Below, one piece after another: positions 12,001 through 27,000 of a stretch of DNA of 64,000 nucleotides. The DNA is from Amoebophrya sp. A120 (Eukaryota > Protista > Dinoflagellata): positions 254,479 through 318,478 of the forward strand of contig CAJINV010000018.1 in the NCBI GenBank assembly GCA_905178155.1, in the 5' to 3' direction. The position numbers were made by a program, and so were the translations under genes. The notes beneath the pieces are model-generated. The model was not told the origin of the DNA. It worked only from the letters and a program-made list of their open reading frames with translations, and did no database searches. Within the stretch, counting starts at the first letter, position 1. Every line of letters starts with the position of its first letter.

Positions 12001-15000
12001 GGGATTTGTACTTGGCCTTCAGAGCTTCCCGCTTCAAGAATTGACTATGCTCTAGATTGTCCGCGAGAATGGTGAATTGGTTGTTGGACAGAGACTGGAG
12101 CACGACAATTTTCAAACCTTCCTTGCTCGATTCCCGTAGCATCTGTTTCTGGTGCTGATTGAAAGCCGCGTTCACGACAAAGTTGCCATATCCTGAGCAA
12201 AAACTTCCCCACCCCAGAGTTGTCATGCAGATTTGCAATGACAGGAAAATTTGCAATGCGCATCTTCTACATGAGAGGCGTTTATTCCAATCGTGCTTTG
12301 GCAACATTTGTAATGCTGCAAACAGGATAAGGAGATGGGTTTGTCGTGCGACTGTCCTTGCTAACCACTGCACTACACTACAGAGACGAGGAAGATGAAC
12401 TTGTCATGCCTGGCTCCCAAAACTTCTCGATTTGTGTTGCCAAGTTCCCAACTCGGCTATGGGGACGTTTTTACACAGGATATGCCAACTTGAATATTTT
12501 CGTCCCCGAAATCGATGTCCATCTGCTGGTATGAAATGCAAATCTGTCTAGGTCTGGAAGAATGCAAGATTTGTGATGCAGGTTTTCCATGACCTATGAG
12601 GTCTGGAATGCGAGAGCCAGCATGACAGATTCTCTGAGGTTTCTATCATGCCTTTCCTGCATGAGAAACTCCCTCTCAACTTGTTCAAAAGCAGACAGCT
12701 TTTGGCACTCACGCAAAACAGATTTTTGCATCATTCAGATTTAGCATGACAAGTTCTAATCTTCCAGGCCCAGACATTTTTGCATTTGATAGCTGGCTCT
12801 GCTCGTTGTAGCTCATCGTGTACTGGGTGGATAACTGCACTATCCCAGGGAAAAATCCCCCCTCCCCCAAGGTTGCAAAAAGTTGTGATGCGAATTTTCC
12901 AAATGAAAACTTTTTGTCATGCATGAAAGGAGTATGAATCTTTCTGATGCAGAGTCTAGGCGTGTTGCGCATCGCTTGCATGACAAACGCCGCTCTTGCT
13001 GGGATCTTTTGCAATACAAATTTTTGCTATAATTCACGATCGAGATGAATCTGTGTTGCTGATTGATGCAAGAGGGCGAATGTTTCATTTGGAAAGGTTT
13101 GCAATACAAATGCTTTCAAGTTCGGGGGTGGGGGCATTTTTCATTGTAATATGCACCACCCGGACTCGATCCACCCACCGGCCCTGATCATTACTAAAGT
13201 ACTCGTTGACGCAGTTGATAACGCGGGCCCACGCGGTCGTGTCTCCGGAGATCAAATCCAGCTGGGACCTTTCCCGCTCTTCCTGCAGGCGGAACTTTTC
13301 CGGCATACCGGAAGAATTGGATTCGTCGTCCCCTCCGCCGCTGTAGTAAATACCGAGGCAGGTGCCCTGGCGAATCCGGTCCACATGATCCAGCACAAAA
13401 TCGTCCGTGACGACGGCATTGGTGGAATACGGCCAAATCCACCCCTCCTTGTGCGGGTCCACGACACCGGGGTCAATCAAGGTTTCTTCGATTTTCAGAA
13501 TCGAGGCCGCAAAGTCGTCATCCTTGCCCGCCTCGTTGTACAGGTGATTGGATTCCTTGTCATCACTGGCTTCTTTATCCGTGTTTTTTTCCATTGCTTT
13601 CATCGGATTTTTCCTCTTCGTCAACTTCAGCACGGAGTTCCGTTCCTGCGCCAGCCTCGCCTTGGCTTCCCGCATCGCGCGTTCTGAGGAAGAGTTGTGC
13701 GTGCGCCACATTTCGGAAATCAACAGACCCAAAACCTGCTCCAAGCTTGTCATCTTCCGGAAACCGAGACTGGCTTTCACCGTGAGCTGGTTCGCAGGGA
13801 CGTCAAATTGGGACATCTTGTCGGTCAGCATGTTGCTCTGCAGTTCGCCGTTCGCACCGTACGCCGCCGATTTCATCTGCACATCAATCGGCCGGGATTT
13901 CGTCGGGTCGAACTCATAGCCCTCCTTCCGCAAAAACCTAGCGACCAAATCGTCCGTCTCATACCGTCGCTCCGCAAACCCGTACGGAACCAACTGCGAA
14001 GTCCGGTACAAATGGCGGTAGAAGGCGTCTTCTTCCTCCGATAAGGATTCCAGATTCGCTTTTAATTCCTCTTCCTCCTTCGTAACTTGCTCTTCGATAC
14101 TGGATTGGTACTCGCGCAATTCCTCCTCCAGCAACTCTACCTTTGTCAATGTCTTCAAAGTATGCGATGCAAAAGCAGCGCACTCTGGTACTTATTGCAA
14201 TATATGCATTACAAATCCAGATCTAAAGGGAAATAATCCGAATTACAACTTCCATTTCTACTAACGCTGAGGAAATTTGTATTGCAAAAATCACTACTTA
14301 AGTACTAGTACGATGCTTCTGCAGTTCATACAGTGTCTGTTCCGCTTTCTCCACAAGGTTTCCCCGTTCTCCGTCGTGCTGCTATGGATTGCAAAAGTGT
14401 CTGGGTCTGGAAGATTGCAACTTGTCACGCCAAATCCGAATCATGCAGAAATCTGTGTTGCGTGAGTGCCAAAAGCTGTCGACTTTCGACCAAGTTTGGA
14501 GGGAGTTTGTCATGCAGGATAGGCATGGCAGAGACCTCACAGACTCTGTCATGCTAGGGTCATGAAAAACCAGCATGACAAGTTTACACTCTTCCAGACC
14601 CAGACATTTTTGCAGTTGGTAGCTGCGCTAGGGACGCAAGTTTCTCAAACTCCTTGAACGGGTAAAAGCCATAGGAATGCGCATCCGCCAGCACCCCAGA
14701 GTCACTCTCCGGTTGGTCCAACGCAACGTCCTTACTGGTATTCCCAGTTGCCTGCTCCGCGGCGGATTCGCCGAGAGCGGATTTTCCGCGGTAGTGCTTG
14801 AACGCGAGCAAAATTTTTGGTTTCGCCTATCAAAAGGAAAAATGCCCCCAGCCCCGAACTTGGGCGCATTTGTATTGCAAACCTTTCCAAATCAAACATT
14901 CGCCCTCTTGCATCCATCAGCATCACAAATTTTCCATGCTGAATAGCGCAAATCTGTGATGCAAAGGAGCCCAACAGCAGGCGGATCTCTGATGCAAAAG

Positions 15001-18000
15001 ATACCTTGCGCAACTAGATTCTGCATCAGAAATGCTTGCGCTCCTTTCATGCATAGATAAAAAGCTCTTCATTTGAAAAACCTTATGCATGAGAAACTTT
15101 TGCAAATTCCGGTATGGGGGCACTTTTCACTGTCATATCGCCGTGACAAGAAACCCAGCTTTCGCCTGCTGCTGAATGGCGTAGTCGATGTGCTGGACCC
15201 ACAACGGGTTGATCATTTTCCCGCCAATCACATTCGATGAGATTTTCGTTAAATCCTGATACATCTCCTCAAATGCTTCATCCAAGCATTTTTGCACGGC
15301 AATGGAGCTGGTTTTCGGCGCTTCGTTCCCGATGCCCTCGTACATGTTGAGCATGGTATCAAACTTCCCAATCGCCGCCCAGTCGGCCATTTGCGACCGC
15401 ATGGTGATTATCAAATGCAAATATGTCTGGGTCTGGAAGAATGGAACTTGTAATGCTGGTCTTACATTCCTGTGAAATCTGTATTGCATAACCAACAAAA
15501 GTCGTAGCCTCTCTTGTCATACAAAAACGCAGTTTCTCATGCGGAGTGCGTATGAGAAAGCATTCTGCAAACTTGTCATGCTACTCTGCCTAAGGAAGTG
15601 TTTTCATCTTGCACAATTTAGCATCACAAGTTTCCAGACCCAGACATTTTTGCATTTGATAGTGACTCTTTTGTAGTTCGGCCAGAACTGAAGCAAGAAT
15701 TTGTGCGCGGCAATCAACAGCAAATCAGCCACGTGCACGAACCCCTCTTCCATCCCGTCCACCACGCGGATCACCGGCATCCGGGTGATCCTCGACTTAT
15801 CTTCCGTCCAGTCCCGTTCAAATTTCCGGCGCATCGTGACCAACGGCGAATTCCCGTCGTACTTCAAATTTTTCAGCACCGCGGACTTCGTATCAACTGT
15901 AAAAATGTCTGGGTCTGGAAGATTCTGACACTTGTCATGCACGTTTTGCATGAGCCATGATGTCTGTGATGCATACCCTAGCAATACAGATTTTTTGAGG
16001 GCTTCTTGATGCGTAATCCGCATGACAAATGCCTTCTCAGTGTAGCAAAAATTGCATTTCCTTTGGTAATCATGCAATACAGATTTTTTTGGAATCCAAA
16101 TGCAGCATCACAAGTTGCATTCTTCCAGACCCAGACATTTTTACATTTGATACTTCGGCCGTCCCGTCAGCCAGTCGCGGAACGCATACTTCCAGTGCTC
16201 ATCGGATATCCTGAGTAAAAACGTCCCCACCCCAGAGTTGTAATGCAGATTTGCAAAGACAGGAAGACTTGTAATGCGCATCCCCATGAGAGCCATTTCC
16301 AATCGTGTTTTGGAATTTGTGATGCTGCAAATAGGATGAGGAGCTGGCTTTGTGATGCGGCTGTCCTTCCGAAACTGCACTACAATACAGAGGGGAACTT
16401 GTCATGCGTGACTCCCAAAACTTCCGGGTTTGTGTTGCAGATTTCCCATCTTGACTATGGGGTGGGGACATTTTTCCTCACAATATCGGACACCACATCG
16501 TCTTCCCGCGCCCCCATTTGGGCCGTTGGTTGGAAGAAAAACCGGAGGACGAAGCGCTGCAAGGACCGCTTGCCCGGCTCGCCGAATAACCCCGTTTCGA
16601 ACTCCTTGATGTGGATAATTCTCGGCGTGGGAACCTCATCCGCGTTGTCCTCCAGGAAAAACCACCTGCGTTGATCCCTGGTCGCGATATGGTCGAAGTC
16701 TTTCGCTAATGGGTTCCGCTGCAACCGGACAAAGCGGTACTTCCTGGCCAAATCCGCTACCGTCCCCTTCCACGCGAGCGCCCGTTCGGATTGCCCGAAG
16801 CTCGGAAAGTTTTCCAAGTGGTGTCTCTGGATCCCGTTTGCGGCGCCAGTGGGATTGAGAATGCCGTGGAGTTTGTTCATGTTGTCTCGCTTCAACCCGA
16901 CTGCGAACTGTTCCAATTTCTGCACGAACGGGTTATTGTTGCCTCCGTTGTTTAGGGCGCCAAAACCCGTTTTGAGCAACTGCTCGGTCATGAAACTATT
17001 TCCCCGCAAAACGCCCTTCGCGTTGCGGTGGTAAGTGCGGCAGACCGCGTCTTGGCTCACCTGCACTTTCTTCCCCTTGTGCGCTGCGGTTTGTGTCTTC
17101 GTCGGGTCGCCGTCCTCCCAGAGTAGTCTGTGGGACAGCAACTTGTTCCGGGTTAAGTCCACGTGCTCAAACAACTCCTCGACCGTGATGATGATCAATT
17201 TGTTCTTGATCTCCACTCGCCGGTGCTTGTTGCGGCCCCAGCCCTGGTCGATCTCGGCCTGCTTTATGCAAAAAAAAAACTGCGTAAGTGTAAATCTGTG
17301 ATGCAGAAAATAAATGCAAAACTGTTACGATTGTCATGCTGGATGTGTGTCATGGGCCACTTCCCTACGTGTTCATGTTTTCACGTACTAGCTGCGCATG
17401 AGAGGTTTTCCCTCTAGTGCGAAACGAATTTGTGATGCTGTTCTTCCTACAAAGTTACACTTACAGAGTTTTTTCCCTGAATATGCTTGTCGTCCATTTC
17501 GTCCGCGAGTTTCGAGTACGACTTTTGTCGCCCCTGCTTTCGGAGCTGCTCGAGTTCTTTCTCATTGTCGGTGAACAGCGTCCCCTGGTGGAGTTCGATG
17601 TAGAAGTTTTTGTCCGTGTCTTCCATGTCGGCGATCAGACTGGAAATCGTCTCCGACCGGGCTTTCGCCATTCTTTCCCCAATCCGGAAATAATCCTCCT
17701 CATAAGACCCACGACCAATATACTGCTGCTGGGTGTAGGACTTGGTGAGCTTCGCCCCGTATCAACTGTAAAAGTGTCTGGGTCTGGAAGAGTGTTAAAC
17801 TTGTCATGCAGGTTTTCCAGGACCCATGAGGTCTGGAATGCGGGAACCTAGCATGACAGAGTTTGCGAGGTCTCTGCTATGCTTCCCCTGCATGAGAAAC
17901 TCCCTCCCAGCAACTTGGTCGAAAGTGGACAGCTCTTGGTCCTCATGCAACACAGATTTTCGCATTATTCGGATTTAGCATGACAAGTTGCAATCTTCCC

Positions 18001-21000
18001 GACCCAGACATTTTTGCAATCCATACCCCGCCCGCCATCACTTTCTGCTCCTTTTCCCGGGATAATCGCCCCATCGCGGATATCCTGAGTAAAAACGTCC
18101 CCATACCAGAGGCAAAATGGAGAACCTGCTAGACAAATCAGCCAACTTTGGTTGCTTCGCATGACAAGCTTGTCCTCGTAGTGTGATCCTGTTTAGCTAG
18201 TTCAGCAGCATGACAGATCTAGCATATCATGCTACATATAGCATCACAAATCCCAAAATACGACTCGAAAAAGCTTGTCACGTGGCTTCGCATGAGAAAC
18301 TTTTTTGGCATGCAGATTTGCATGACAACTCTTGGGTGGGGATGTTTTTACTCAGAATAGCGGAGTGCAGGCAGACCTTCATGGCGATTCCCAGCACCTT
18401 CCAGCGGAACTGGAGCTTATGAGCGAGAGATTCCTCGGATTCTCCGTCTGTCACCTCGATCAGATGCCCGTCAAAATCTTCGTCAGCCGGGTCCATTTGC
18501 AACGACGCTTTCACCGCAGACATCATCCCCTGTTTATCGTACGTCTCGTTCTGGTCCCGGTCCTCCTCGTACGCCTCGTTCTCTTGCTCAATCTGAGACT
18601 CCGCGGCGGTCAGTGCGCGCTTCTGCCCGGCGCCCACGAGTCTCTCGATTTTGTCGAACATGCGGCCAAGTTTTCGGAGACCGACTCCAGAGGTGATTAT
18701 CACACAGAAAAAAGCTGGCAGGGCATATTTGTAACGCCAAAATAAATACACAAAAAAAAATCTGTCATGGGTGGGCCGGTAGCATGCTGTTTCGGATATG
18801 CAATACAAATTTTTTTGTGTATTTATTTTTGCATTACAAATGTGACCTGCCAGTTTTTTTCTGTGTGATAGTGATGTCGTAAATCAAGGAAGAAACTTTC
18901 TTCATGATCATCTTCGGCAATTTTAGGAGTCCTTTCATGATCTTCCAAGGGGCGGTATGACAGTGCACAACTCCCCCTCCCCCTCATTTGTATCGCATGA
19001 ACGGCAATACAAGCCTAAGCAAGAATGCCGGTTTTGCATGACAAACTTGCACTGGAGTGTAGTGCTATTTGGGCAACCAGAGCTTGTAATGCAAACAGTG
19101 CTACGAGTCAAAGGGTGGATTGGGTATTTTGCATGACAAATGAGGGGGAGGGGGCGTTGTGCACTGTCATATGCGGACCAGGGGGTGGAATCCTGCCGCT
19201 CCTCTTCATCATATGTGTATTTCTCCGTCCGTAGATACGCTTTGAACTGCGGGATTTCGCTGTGTTATCAACTGCAAAAGTGTCTGGGTCTGGAAGATTC
19301 TCAGATTTGTCATGCATGTTTTGCATGGCCCAGGATGTCTGTAATGCACGACCGAGCATCGCAGATTTGTAGAGGGCTTCCTGATGCCGAATCCGCATGA
19401 CAAACGCCCTCCCCGCGTAGCACAAACTAGACTCCTCCTGCTGGTCATGCAAGACAGATTTTTTTAGAGTCCAAAGTTAGCATCACAAGCTCTAACTTTC
19501 CAGATCCAGACATTTTTGCATTCGATATGTGGTCGATCAAAACAAAGTTCTTCGGCAGTGGTTGGGATAAAGCGGTTAATTGCCCCGGGTTGATCGGCGC
19601 GGTATCCGATTCTTGCCCTCTTTCCACCGGTTTCCGCTCTGCGTCCAAAAACGTATTGATAGCGCCAACGACCGGACCTTCCAAAAACGGCGTGCCGATT
19701 TTCTCCACCATTGAGGAAAAACCGTAGGTCTTGAAGTCGTGCTTCTTCGTCTTGTCCCGCAAATAGTTCCGGCTGTTATCGCGGATTAGTTTCGAGAACC
19801 GCGAGTACTGCTGCAGGTATTTGTAGAAAACAAGCTTCGCGGTTTCCTCAATGTCTAAAGCCTCAACCGAAGTTGGGAAGAGCGCTTTCTTGTAGATCTC
19901 CGCGATCCCCTTGGGCCAGCCTTTCCGCTCGGACCCGGTGGTCTCATCGCCGAACGTCCAGGTTGCGTCCTCGTTTGTTCCAGAGTTGTTGTTTCCCGGG
20001 AGTTCTTTGTCATGGTCTGGATCGTCGGACAGCATGAGTTCCGCGAGTTTCTCGATGCCGCGAAACGGGGCGGCGACTTTCGTCACTCTTCGGCTGTTAT
20101 CAAGTGCAAATATTCCTGGATGTCTGGAAGGATACAACTTGTGATGCTACTTTTGGAATCTCCATAAAATCTGTATTGCATGAACAGCAAAAGAGGTGTA
20201 ATTTGTGCTACGCGGAGAGAGCATTTCTCATGCGGAATTAGCATCAGAATGCCCTCGGAAAATCTCTGATGCTAGGGCATGCATCACAGACCTCATGGGT
20301 CATGCAAAATCTGCATGACAAACTCCTGCATTCCTCCAGACCCAGACATTTTTGCAATCCATAGCTGTTTCCGGCTTGGAACTCCACTAGTTCCTCCAAC
20401 TTCGAGATTAACGCCCTCTGGTCTGCAATCTTGTATCCTGAGCAAAAACGTCCCCACTCCAGAGTTGTCATGCAGGTTTGCAATGACAGGAACATTTGTA
20501 ATGCGCATCTACATCATGAGAGGCATTTCCAATCGTGTTTTGGCATTTGTAATGCTGTAAACAGTATTAGGAGATGGGTTTGTCATGCGACTGTCCTTGC
20601 TAATCTGCACTACACTACGAAGACGAACTTGTCATGCATGGCTTCCAAAACTGCTGGAATTGTGTTGCAGAGTCCGCAACTTGACTATGGGGTGGGGACG
20701 TTTTTACTCAGGATATCTTGCCGATAATCGCCATCTTCTGCTTCTCCGCTCTGTCCGGGTGGATGGAAAAAACGTCGTTCCAAAAGAGCCGCATCCGCTG
20801 GCACTGCGTCCACAGCTGCTTCTGTTCCTCGTTCGTGAAATCGCCAAATGCGCCCTCGATGATGTCCCTGGCGCGCTCGGAATACAGCGCGTCCGCGTCT
20901 TCGATCGACCTTAGCCTATCAGTCGCGGCTTCCGTCGCCTCATTGGTCCGGCCCTGCAGCTTCAGCGATCGGGTCTTCGCCCACTCCAAGGTCGGGATAA

Positions 21001-24000
21001 CGCAGTTCCGATGCAAGTCGATCCGTTTCTGCTCCCTCCACCGCAATTCGCGGAAGTAGCGCAAGACCCGCCAAGAGCTGACTCTTGTGGACTGCAACTC
21101 GCGCCCCACTATGCATTGCAAATATGTCTACCTGGTCTGGTGGAAACTTGTGATGCAAGTCTGCGAGTGATGGGCGCAGTGCAATACGCAGCCGAGCATG
21201 ACAAGCTTCGGGGCTGCTATGTGTTGCGCATTCCGCATCACAAGCTGGGCTTTTGCATGAGAGGAAAAAGGCTCCTTTCCTGCTCATGCATCACAGAGTT
21301 AAGAGTCATGTGAGAAAGCATGACAAGCTAGCATTCTTCCAGACCCAGATATATTTGCGGTGGATACACACCCGCGTGTCCTCCTCTTCCTTCGCGGAGC
21401 CAGCAACGGAGAGGTTAGAAAGCGCATCCTCTTCTTCGTCATCCAAGTCCTCGGTTGGCTTTGAAGATGTTTTTGCGATCAGCTCTGGGTTCCCGTCGTA
21501 CGGCATGATTTCTGAGTCCAAGGTTTCCGAAGAAAATCGCATCACTGCATCCGAATCGTGCGTGGTCGCCCAGAAGTCGATCACCTGCTGACACAGCGAT
21601 TTGAACTCCGTTATCAACTGCAAAAATGTCTGGGTCTGGAAACTTGTAATGCTGCGTTGGGAATAGTGAATGCTCTGTAATGCACAGACAAGCATGAGAA
21701 ATATCTGCGCTTCTTTGTGTTGCGTTTTTCGCATGACAAACTGCGTTTTTGCATGACAGGCAAAAGGGTCTCTTTTTGGACACGCATCACAAGCTTTTTG
21801 GTCATGCCAGACAAGCATGACAAATGTCAAAATCTTCCAGACCCAGACATTTTTGCATTTGATATCCGTGACAACCGCGTCTACCTGGCGGTGGCTGCTG
21901 GAGACCTTGAGGTCCTGGTCCGCGTCGAAATTCTGTTTCAACTGTTTCACATTATTCACGTTTTCCGTCACTTTTTCTTCGATGGTTTTCGTGATGAAAC
22001 TGTCACTCTCCGAGGTCCGGATCACCTTGCCAGCATTGATAATTTCCAGCTGCTGCTTATCAAAGTGAAAAATCCCCTCCCCCCATATTGAAACGGGGAT
22101 TTCTCTTGCTAAATTCGTGTACACAAATTAGCTCTGTCTTGCAGTGAGGCACTGCAGGCAGAGCCTAGGCCTGCGTAGGAGTGTTTTGGTGTAGGTGCTT
22201 AGCATAGCAGAGGCCTGCCATGTAGCCGCGACAACATTACAAACCGCCTGCAGAATGTATGCGGCGGATTCTTTGGCGTTGCAGTCTTGCAAGAGAGACA
22301 GGATTTGTGGTCACAAATCAGCATGACAAATTTTTAGAAGAAGCATACTTTTTCAGTATGGGGAGGGGGAATTTTCCTCACAATACTGTTCGCGCGTGTC
22401 GACGTTGGAATATCCCTTCTTCACCGCTGCGGTCCGCGCCGTATCCAATGCAAAAATGTCTGGGTCGGGAAGGATGCAAGACTTGTCATGCATATTTCTC
22501 ATGGCCCATGATAGTCTGTGATGTATGCCCCAGAATTACAGATTTTTAGAACCCTTCCTGATGCACCTTCCGCATGAGAAATACCCTGTCCGTGTAGCAC
22601 ACATTGTACCCCTCTTGCTGGTCATGCAATACAAATTATTTTCGAGTCCAAAAACAGCATGACAAGTTGCAATCTTCCAGACCCAGACATTTTTGCATTT
22701 GATACGCCGCTGGCTGCAGCAAACTGGAGATCTGCTTGAAATAGTTCTGCAGGGTTTTGTATCAAATGTAAAAGTGTCTGGGTCTGGAAACTTGTGATGC
22801 TGAATTGCGCATGATTGAAGCGCTGCTAATGGCAGCCAAGCATAACAAGTTTTTGAGAGGCTTGCTGATGCCTAGCACGCATTACAAATTGCGTTTTTGC
22901 ATGACAAAGAAAGCCTCTGTTTTGCTGCTCATGCAACACAGATTTTCCAGGAATGCATGACACGCATTACAAGTTCCACTTTTCCAGACCCAGACATTTT
23001 TACATTTGATATTTTGAGGTACTTGTCAAAAGCCTCCTTCGCTTTCTTCGTTGCCTTCTCCTCCTTGATCTTCGTTACCCTCTCCTCCAGCGTTTTCAGC
23101 GCATCGGAGGGAGTGTACTTTTTCTGATCCCCCGAGCTCCACCCGATGACCTCCTTGCTAAATTGGAAAACTTCCTGCACCATGATTGGTGGGCGCGCGG
23201 CGAGTCTGAGCGGGAACGCCGTTTCGGCCAGCAGTCGGCAATGCCGCTTCGCAGTTCGGTCATTCAAATAATCCAGGATAAACGCACCGCCCGCAACGAG
23301 GAAGGGTTTTTGGCGGACAGAACCAGCAGAATCAGAACTCCCCTCGGATTTTTCCCAGGCGTCCTCGTCGTTGATGGCGCGGAGGTAGGAGTTTTGCAGG
23401 TGGTGCGGCATGGTGATCGTGCCGCAAGTCTCCATCGCACACTGCTCGGACATGACCCAGCCCTTCTGCTGCACTAGCAAACTGTTCACGACCGCATCCT
23501 GGTTCGGATCCCCGGAACTGTAAGCGGATGCTGCAGATGCTGATGACCCACCGCCGAACATTCCGAGAAAGCCGCGGTTCTGTTTTTTGCCCGTTGCAGC
23601 ACTATACGCATCCTCGGCTTCCGCAGCGGCGTTCGACTTTGCCCGCTCGTGGTAGATATCAAATGCAAATATGTCTGGGTGTGGAAGAGTGCGCGATTTG
23701 TGATGCAGTTTTTCCATGACCCGTGGGGTCTGGAATGCAGGACGTAGCATGACAGATTCTGTGTGATCTCTATCATGCCTATCCTGCATGAGAAACTCGG
23801 TCAACTTGGTCAAAAGTGGATGACTTTTGGTAATCATGCAACACAAATCTTTACATGATCTCTAGATTTAGCATGGCAAGTTGCATTTATCCAGGCCCTG
23901 ATATATTTGCAATCCATAGTAAATGACCCAGTGGTTCGGGTTGTCCCCGAGGAACATTTTTGCGTGGGAAATCTCCGATTTTTGTATGGATTGCAAAAAT

Positions 24001-27000
24001 GTCTGGGTCTGGAAGGTTGAAACTTGTGATGCTATCTTTGGACTCTAAAAAATTCTGTATTGCATGACCAGCAAGACGAGGAGACCGGCTTGTGCTACGC
24101 GTGGAGGGCATTTGTCATGCGGAATAGGCATCAGGAAGGCCTCTAAAAATCTGTGATGCTAGGGCTTCCATGACAGACATTCTGTGTCATGCAAAAACAG
24201 CATAACAAATTTCGGATTCTTCCAGACCCAGACATTTTTGCATTTCATATTTTCCGACCCCGGGCCGTTGTCCCCGTACCGATTCCACTCGCCCTGCGCC
24301 TGCCAGACCTTCGGATCCACGCCGAGCTGTATCAAATGTAAAAATGTCTGGGTCTGGAAGAGTGCAAGTTTGTCATGCTTGTCTGGCATGACTCTTAAAT
24401 CTATCATGCACATTACCAAAGAGCCCCACTTTTCTGTCATGCAGAAACGTAGATTGTCATGCAGAATAGGCAACACCGAGAAGCTCAGAAACTTGTCATG
24501 CTGAGCCAGCAATTGTGGCCCCCTCATGATACGCCACACAGCATCACAAGTTTCCAGACCCAGACATATTTGCATTTGATAAGCTGCCCCTTCGCCTGCG
24601 GCGCCGCGATTTGCGGAGCGGTGGCCGAGCCAGGCGCGCTTATTCTGATAAAAAACGTCCCCACACCAGAGTCAAGAGGGGAAATCTGCTAGACAAATCA
24701 ACCAGCTTTGGTTGTTTGGCATGACAAGTTTCGATCCTTGTAGTGTAATCCTGTTTAGCTAGTTCAGAAGCATCACAGATCTAGTATAGCATGCTGATTC
24801 CAGCATCACAAATTCCACAACACGAAAAGAAAATGCTTCTCATAGGGCTCTGCATGAGAAACTTTTTTGGTATGCAGAATTGCATGACAACTCTGGGGTG
24901 GGGATGTTTTTACACGGGATAGCCCCAGTGTACTCTTCACGCAGCTCCGGGTTCATTTGCAGCACGCAGTCGCCTATCGAATGCAAATATCCCTGGATGT
25001 CTGGAAGATTCTTAGACTTGTCATGCACGTCTTGCATGAGCCATGATTTGTGTGATGCATGCCCTCGCATCACAGATTTTTTCAGGGCTTCTTGATGTCT
25101 CCGCGTACCAAAAATTGCATTTCCTTTGCTGCTCATGGAATACAGTTTTTTATTTTTTTGAGATCCAAATGCAGCATCACAAGTTGCACTCTTCCAGCCC
25201 TAGACATATTAGCACTGGATATCGCCGAGTCTTTCCTCCATCCTGTCATCCATCGAGTACAACCCGGTTAAGTACAGCATTCGGTCTGGGTGCAAGGCGC
25301 CCCTATGCTCCACCGCGTCGGAGTCCTCTTCGTCGTCCGGCCGTTTTCGGTCTTCCACCAGCAAAACATGCGGCCGGCACTTCCGCATTCTCTGTTCCTC
25401 CGGCGACGCGTAGATTGGTGGCATGGAATCCAGGAAGGACTGGTGCCAGGCGGAGGAGAGAATGTAGTTTACCGAGTTTTCATCAGAAAAACGGGCGTTC
25501 ATGCCCCCGGACCCCGGGGCCAAATACTGGTTTTCCCGCTCCTTCTGCGACTTTGCTGAGTTCGACGTGATCTTGCTGTAGGCTTGCAGGTATTTTTCCC
25601 GAAGGTACTTCTTGATGACGTGCCGCTGACGGAGTAGTTGCCACTTCGTTTTGTCCTCCTCCATGTCGCGGCCATTGAAATCGTCATCCGGCCCCCCACC
25701 CACTGCGACGGCGCCGGGACCGGTAGATTTTTGCTTGTCCGTATACTTTGGCGGTGGCGGCCCGGACTCTTCCGTGGCGGAGTCTATAGCGTTCTCAACT
25801 GTTATATTCTCAACTGTTACATCATGCAAAATTGCAATACATATGCACATGATCAAGGTGCTTCGCATGACAAGAAGTTCTCGACGCAATGGATAGCATG
25901 ATAATCTGCGCCGAACTTCTTATGCAAAAGGCGCAAAAATCTTCTGCCTTGCACTTTTGCCATTCTTGCACTACAAATTCGTGTAACAGCTCAGGATGTA
26001 GCGTTTGAGAGCGCCATAGAGTCTAGCAGCCCCTTCGGGATCTCCTTATCCAAGAAAAAAACTGTGTTAGTTGTAACTCTTTTGGGAAAACTGCATCACA
26101 AGTTTGTCTGCCATGACAGGAAAAACTTGCCATGCGCACATAGGAAGGGAAAACACCTAGGAAGGGAGCCGCTCATGCATGTCAAGCATGACAAATGTAA
26201 CAGTTTTGCATTTTCTGCATCACAGATTTACACTTACACAGTTTTTTTCTTGCATATTCCTCGCGGACGATGTAGTCTTTTAAATCAGCGACGTTGTCGA
26301 TGTAGAGCACCGCGCCCAAGTATCCTGAGCAAAAACGTCCCCACCCCAGAGGCAAGTTCCTAGATCTGCAACACAAATCACCAAGTTTTGGGAGTTGTGC
26401 ATGACAAGTTTCCATCTGCAGTGTAGTGCTGGTTAGAAACAGCAGCCGCATGAGAAGGCCACTTTCTCATCCTGGTATACAGGATACACAAATTCCAAAA
26501 CACGACTGGAAATGCCTCTCATGGAGACCCGCATTACAAATGTTTCTGTCATTGCACGTTTGCATGACAACTCCGGGGTGGGAACGTTTTTGCTCAGCAT
26601 ACCAAATCTCTCGTCTTTCGCGCGTTGTCCGCGTGCTGTTTCCTCGTGTTTTTCGCGGTGTGCGATAACATCGTGTGGACCAGCAGCATGCACTTCTTGT
26701 ACGGTGTCCCCGTCGCCTCCAGCTTGTCCCGCTGATCTTGGTTCATACCCATGTACTCTGCGGAAAACAATTTCCATTCCTTTGCAAAAGTGCGCTGATT
26801 CCACGCCGCTTCCACCGCGACCTGCCCCGAGTCAACTTCCCCACCGCCCGATCGGTGCTCCCACGCTATCCCACAGAAAAAAGCAGGCAGGGCATATTTG
26901 TCATGCAAAAATAAGTACACAGAAAAATCTGTCATGCCTGGCCCCATAGCATGCTCCTCTTTATTAGGATACGCAATACAGACTTTTACTTTTTTGCGTA

